Made by a program: the position numbers and the translations under genes | Assembly: GCA_029858305.1 (NCBI GenBank) | Contig: JAOUFI010000038.1 | Coordinates: forward strand, 1 to 19,600 | Source of the DNA: Candidatus Thorarchaeota archaeon | GTDB lineage: Archaea > Asgardarchaeota > Thorarchaeia > Thorarchaeales > Thorarchaeaceae | Length of the DNA stretch: 19,600 bases | Direction: 5' to 3' | Shown: piece after piece, positions 15,472 through 19,600 of the stretch | Layout: each line of letters opens with the position of its first letter | Numbering within the stretch: position 1 is the stretch's first letter | The notes under the pieces: generated by a model | What the model was told of the DNA's origin: nothing | Databases searched by the model: none | Seen by the model: only the letters and a program-made list of their open reading frames with translations

Positions 15472-18400
15472 TTATGCCACAATCTTGACAGGCTTCAGGT
15501 TCACAATCCTGTGCTCGCCCTCGACACTGTCATACTCGACCATGCCCACCAGTTCGCCTTCAGCGCCTGGCTGGAGCTCGAAGTCTATCTCGGTAACAGA
15601 GACCGTGTCCGGCTCCACTGTACCAACTGCTTGACTCTTGATGGTGTCAGTCAGGTCGGGAACACCCAGCACTACCTGCACGTTCTGCATGGGGACCTTC
15701 GAGCCGTTCCGAATTACCACACCGAAGATGACCTTTCCACCGCGTATCTTGTACTCCACAGCCACATCCATACCTGGTTCGAGACCGAGGCTTGCAGGTT
15801 CTGAGGTGGTCACGTACTCCTCTACAAAGTAACGCTCTCTCACACGTTTGATGCCCACAGCGGCTCCGAACACACCCACGATGGCGAAGAGTAACAACCA
15901 GATCCAATGCACGGTGGGCATGAAGTCTGCTCCATCCATAATTCCGTCGCCATCTGTGTCTGCGACCAAAGGATCCGTACCATAGACCATGACCTCCTGG
16001 AAGTCTGAAAGTCCATCTAAATCTGTATCAGGCATGAGCGGGTCAGTTCCATAGACGTTTAACTCTGCGCCATCTCCAAGACCTTCACCGTCCGTGTCAT
16101 TGTTCATTGGGTGAGTGAAGCTCGTGAAGACTTCGAAATAATCACTCAAGCCATCTTCGTCTCCATCCCTCGAGTTTGGATCGGAATCATAGGTGAAGAC
16201 TTCATCGTAGTCTGAGAGATTGTCGAGGTCTGAGTCTACCGAGTTCGGATCGGTATCGTACACAATAATCTCCTCATAGTCGGATAGCTGGTCTCCATCA
16301 GTATCTGTGCTATTTCCATTCGTGTGGTATACCATGATCTCTTCATAGTCTGATATGAGGTCTCCATCGGTATCGTCGCTCAAGGGTGATGTCCCATACA
16401 GTAAGTATTCAGCACCATCAAGAAGGAGATCTGAATCCGTGTCCGGATTATCAATTCCCGTTCCCAAGGATATCTCAAGGCCATCTATCAAATCATCATT
16501 ATCGAAATCTGGATCAAGTGGTAGGGTATGGTATATCCTCAGCTCTTCTAGATTAGTCAGTCCATCTGAATCTGAATCCCATTCACCATCCATTACACCT
16601 GTATGTGTCATGTTCGTCAGAGGATTGGTGTTCGTAAGAACAACTTCCTCATAGTCTGTGAGGAAGTCTGAGTCTGTGTCATTGAGCAGGGCTGAGGTCT
16701 TATAGTCCAGAATCTCCTGTCCGTCATCAAGTAAATCTCCGTCTGTATCTTTCAGAATTGGTGACGTGCCATACTGATCCACTTCATCAAAGTCGGTGAG
16801 CCGATCCTGATCTGTGTCTTGTTTGAGTGGGTCAGTGAAGTAGTCATTAATCTCTTCACCGTTCGAGAGACCGTCTTGGTCCTCATCATCATTATAGTCC
16901 GAGACACCATCATCATTGCTGTCAGGGTTTCTCGGATCGGTTTCAGTCAGGACACATTCCTCCCAATTGGTAAGGAGGTCTCTGTCTTCGTCATCTAGAC
17001 CGTCAATCTTGCCATCTCCATCACTGTCAGCGAGTCGTGGATTGGTCTTGGTCAGCACTATCTCATGGTAGTTAGTTAGCATATCCCCATCTATGTCCCA
17101 ATCCGCATCAGAAACAGTGTTCCTCTGAGTACTGAATAGTGTGGGATCTGTTCCGGTCTTATTGCTCTCTTGGAAGTCTGTGAGACCATCCATGTCAGTG
17201 TCAGTCTTACGTGGATTGGGATACACCCACCGACTCTCCACTACTCCACTAATGTTGAAGGTCATATAGATCCCATTGACCTCTTGATTATCGAAGAGAC
17301 CATCTCCATCAGTATCTGCACGTAGGGGTGATGTGTTGTGGATGTTCAGTTCTGCACCATCTCCAAGAGTATCTCCGTCTGTATCAAACTGGAGTGGATC
17401 AGTTTCAAACACCTTGATCTCATCATAGTCTGAGAGTAGATCATTATCAGTATCTGTGTCGTTCAAGAGAGTGTGCCATGTCAGGGCTTCCTCTGAGTCT
17501 TCAAGCCCATCACCATCGGAGTCTCGCGAGAGAGGATCACTTGACCAATAATAGAGTTCGTCCCGATCACTGAGCCCGTCTCCATCTGTATCCATTTTTG
17601 TTGGTGAGGTTTCGCTAACGAAAATCTCATAGTAGTCTGATAAGAGGTCTCCATCAGTGTCTATCAGAGTACAGTTGGTTTCATAGAGGTAAATCTCGTC
17701 GAAGTTGCTGATACCATCGCCATCCTGGTCATCAAGGTCATCTGGAATTCCATCACCGTCTGTGTCATTTGTATCGGGCAGCGTGTGACTATTGAATAGC
17801 TCATCAGCATCTGCAAGATTGTCATGATCTGTGTCTGGGTCTAAGGGATTTGTTTCGTAGATGTTGACCTCGTCTCCATCACTGATGGTATCAAAATCTG
17901 TGTCCCAATTCTCCCAGTCTGTGCCGTTCTCGATCTCTTCCTTGTCATTTAATCCGTCTTGATCTACATCTGCTTGGGTTGGGTCGGTGTCATAGACCTG
18001 CCACTCATCCCAATCTGATAATCCATCTCCGTCTGTGTCGTTTAGTCTGGGATCTGTGCCCAAGTCTATCTCTTTCTTGTCATTGATCAAGTCATTGTCC
18101 GTGTCTGCACTGTTGGGATCTGTGTTGTAGGTATTCCATTCATCCCCATCGCTCAACTGATCTCCATCTGAGTCCCAAGCAGTAGGTGATGTCATCGACA
18201 CATAGACCTCTGTGTAATCATCCAGCCCATCCGAATCCGAATCTGTTCCACTGAGGTCGGTGTGCCATATTGTCCATTCATCAAAGTCACTGAGACCGTC
18301 ATTATCTGAATCGATGTCTGTGGGCGACGAACCACTCGTAAACACCTCAAAACCATCCCAAAGACCATCTCCGTCAGAGTCCACATTCGTCGCATTAGAG

Positions 18401-19600
18401 TGGTAGCCATAAATCTCGATGACATTATTGAGACCGTCACCATCGTTGTCGAGTTGTCCATCCAGCGTTCCATTACCATTAGTAGAGGCAAGGAGTGGAT
18501 TTGTGCCTAGATACTCGATTTCAACGTAGTCATCCAATTGATCTCCATCAGTGTCCCGTAATGTGATGTTTGTCCCGTATAGAATCTCATCAAAGTCTCC
18601 GAGAAGATCCCCGTCAGTATCATTCGATAATGGATTTGACCCATAGGTTAGGACTTCCAGCCCATCATAAATTCCGTCATTATCGGTATCAGCGTCGCCA
18701 GCATCAGTATCATAGATGTCTACTTCGTCACCATTACTAAGAGAGTCCCCATCACTATCATAGTCATAGTCCGATATTCCATACGTCATGTTGTTTAGAG
18801 GATTTGTGAGTGTGACATTGACCTCTATGAAATCACTAAGGAGATCAAAGTCTGAGTCAGGATTCCACGGGTCCGTGAAGTAGTCTTCGACCTCTTCAGA
18901 ATCGAGCAACCCGTCCTCATCACAATCTGCTATGAGTGGTGATGTTCCGTAGAAGTACTCCTCGGCGTCATTAAGCCCATCCTGATCTGTATCCGCCTCA
19001 AAGGGTGAGGTCTCGTTGGGATCGACGATACCATTCACATTGACATCCTCACCAATCTCCCCTAAGAGTGGTTCATAGATACCGTTTCCATTCTCATCAA
19101 ACCAGCCATCATAGAGTGTATCTCCATCTGAGTCCGCATTAGTGGCATTCAATCCGAGGTCGATCTCGAGTCCATCTCGGATGCAGTCTCCATCTGTGTC
19201 CCAGTTGGTGCAGTTTGTATCGTAAGTGCGAATTTCTTCGATATTCGTGAGACCATCATTATCCTGATCATCCTGCCCATCTAGGATTCCATCATCATCT
19301 ACATCTGGGTCTGTGGGATCTGTGAAGGTGTCAAAGACCTCCTCTGCATCTGTTAATCCATCAGAGTCTGTATCAGCAATAAGTGGATCACAGTCATTCA
19401 GGAGTTCATCTAGATTGATGAGGTCGTCATTATCAGGGTCTTCTTCCCAGTCAAATACGCCGTTATCGTTTGTGTCATTATATTGCGGATCGGTGCCGGT
19501 CATCTCGACTTCGAACCAGTTGGGGAGCAAGTCGCTGTCCTCGTCATCGTAATAATCAGAGATTGTATCGCTGTCCGAGTCTGTCATGTTAAACCAGGTG
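15472..19600 (-). CDS. Very large acidic cell-surface protein with thrombospondin type 3-like Ca-binding repeats, a C-terminal TM helix and a cytoplasmic beta-sandwich; 5' end lies outside the window
   Basis: The frame is open to the window edge (ACC TGG TTT AAC ATG). About 57 DxDxDGLxD-type repeats by manual count, many N-glycosylation sequons, TM helix WIWLLLFAIVGVFGAAVGI followed by KRVRER, then about 115 aa of beta-rich sequence. Confidence 0.92.
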   Translation of the reverse strand, partial: TWFNMTDSDSDTISDYYDDEDSDLLPNWFEVEMTGTDPQYNDTNDNGVFDWEEDPDNDDLINLDELLNDCDPLIADTDSDGLTDAEEVFDTFTDPTDPDVDDDGILDGQDDQDNDGLTNIEEIRTYDTNCTNWDTDGDCIRDGLEIDLGLNATNADSDGDTLYDGWFDENGNGIYEPLLGEIGEDVNVNGIVDPNETSPFEADTDQDGLNDAEEYFYGTSPLIADCDEDGLLDSEEVEDYFTDPWNPDSDFDLLSDFIEVNVTLTNPLNNMTYGISDYDYDSDGDSLSNGDEVDIYDTDAGDADTDNDGIYDGLEVLTYGSNPLSNDTDGDLLGDFDEILYGTNITLRDTDGDQLDDYVEIEYLGTNPLLASTNGNGTLDGQLDNDGDGLNNVIEIYGYHSNATNVDSDGDGLWDGFEVFTSGSSPTDIDSDNDGLSDFDEWTIWHTDLSGTDSDSDGLDDYTEVYVSMTSPTAWDSDGDQLSDGDEWNTYNTDPNSADTDNDLINDKKEIDLGTDPRLNDTDGDGLSDWDEWQVYDTDPTQADVDQDGLNDKEEIENGTDWENWDTDFDTISDGDEVNIYETNPLDPDTDHDNLADADELFNSHTLPDTNDTDGDGIPDDLDDQDGDGISNFDEIYLYETNCTLIDTDGDLLSDYYEIFVSETSPTKMDTDGDGLSDRDELYYWSSDPLSRDSDGDGLEDSEEALTWHTLLNDTDTDNDLLSDYDEIKVFETDPLQFDTDGDTLGDGAELNIHNTSPLRADTDGDGLFDNQEVNGIYMTFNISGVVESRWVYPNPRKTDTDMDGLTDFQESNKTGTDPTLFSTQRNTVSDADWDIDGDMLTNYHEIVLTKTNPRLADSDGDGKIDGLDDEDRDLLTNWEECVLTETDPRNPDSNDDGVSDYNDDEDQDGLSNGEEINDYFTDPLKQDTDQDRLTDFDEVDQYGTSPILKDTDGDLLDDGQEILDYKTSALLNDTDSDFLTDYEEVVLTNTNPLTNMTHTGVMDGEWDSDSDGLTNLEELRIYHTLPLDPDFDNDDLIDGLEISLGTGIDNPDTDSDLLLDGAEYLLYGTSPLSDDTDGDLISDYEEIMVYHTNGNSTDTDGDQLSDYEEIIVYDTDPNSVDSDLDNLSDYDEVFTYDSDPNSRDGDEDGLSDYFEVFTSFTHPMNNDTDGEGLGDGAELNVYGTDPLMPDTDLDGLSDFQEVMVYGTDPLVADTDGDGIMDGADFMPTVHWIWLLLFAIVGVFGAAVGIKRVRERYFVEEYVTTSEPASLGLEPGMDVAVEYKIRGGKVIFGVVIRNGSKVPMQNVQVVLGVPDLTDTIKSQAVGTVEPDTVSVTEIDFELQPGAEGELVGMVEYDSVEGEHRIVNLKPVKIVA
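15925..19587 (-). repeat. Coding tandem repeat array: long units of about 22-23 aa (DTDxDGLxDxxExxxxxTDPxxx) and short units of about 12-13 aa
   Basis: Directly visible in the translation; degenerate at the DNA level. Confidence 0.9.

Noticed and set aside
15511-19552. Several short ORFs inside the large repeat gene
   Set aside because: They are antisense or off-frame shadows of the Asp-rich repeat codons.

Overview
Archaeal genomic window of moderate GC. The gene style (tandem-domain Lrp/AsnC regulator, stand-alone TPR protein, archaeal SCP2, TATA/BRE-like promoters, GGTGA-type SD sites) suggests an Asgard archaeon, probably Thorarchaeia; this is inference. It holds about 19 CDS and no rRNA, tRNA, CRISPR array or IS that I can see. 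The main candidate system is at the left end (minus strand): SCP2, then a radical SAM/SPASM enzyme resembling the PlpX-type tyramine-excising 'splicease' clade, then two paralogous tail-anchored membrane proteins ending in a conserved [R/K]YG-SISPxDF tail, a plausible XYG substrate motif. Between the two paralogs lies a decayed copy of the last 15 codons of the radical SAM gene plus a duplicated promoter, so enzyme and putative substrate were copied together. Other items: a MurL-like PP-loop ATPase / Ddl-like ATP-grasp / GNAT / PLP-enzyme cluster; an ArsR-type operon with repeated CAAACGTTTG palindromes around its TATA box; and a large, 5'-truncated thrombospondin-type-3-like Ca-binding surface protein with a regular repeat pattern and a predicted cytoplasmic beta-sandwich. 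All family assignments come from motif recognition by eye, not database searches.
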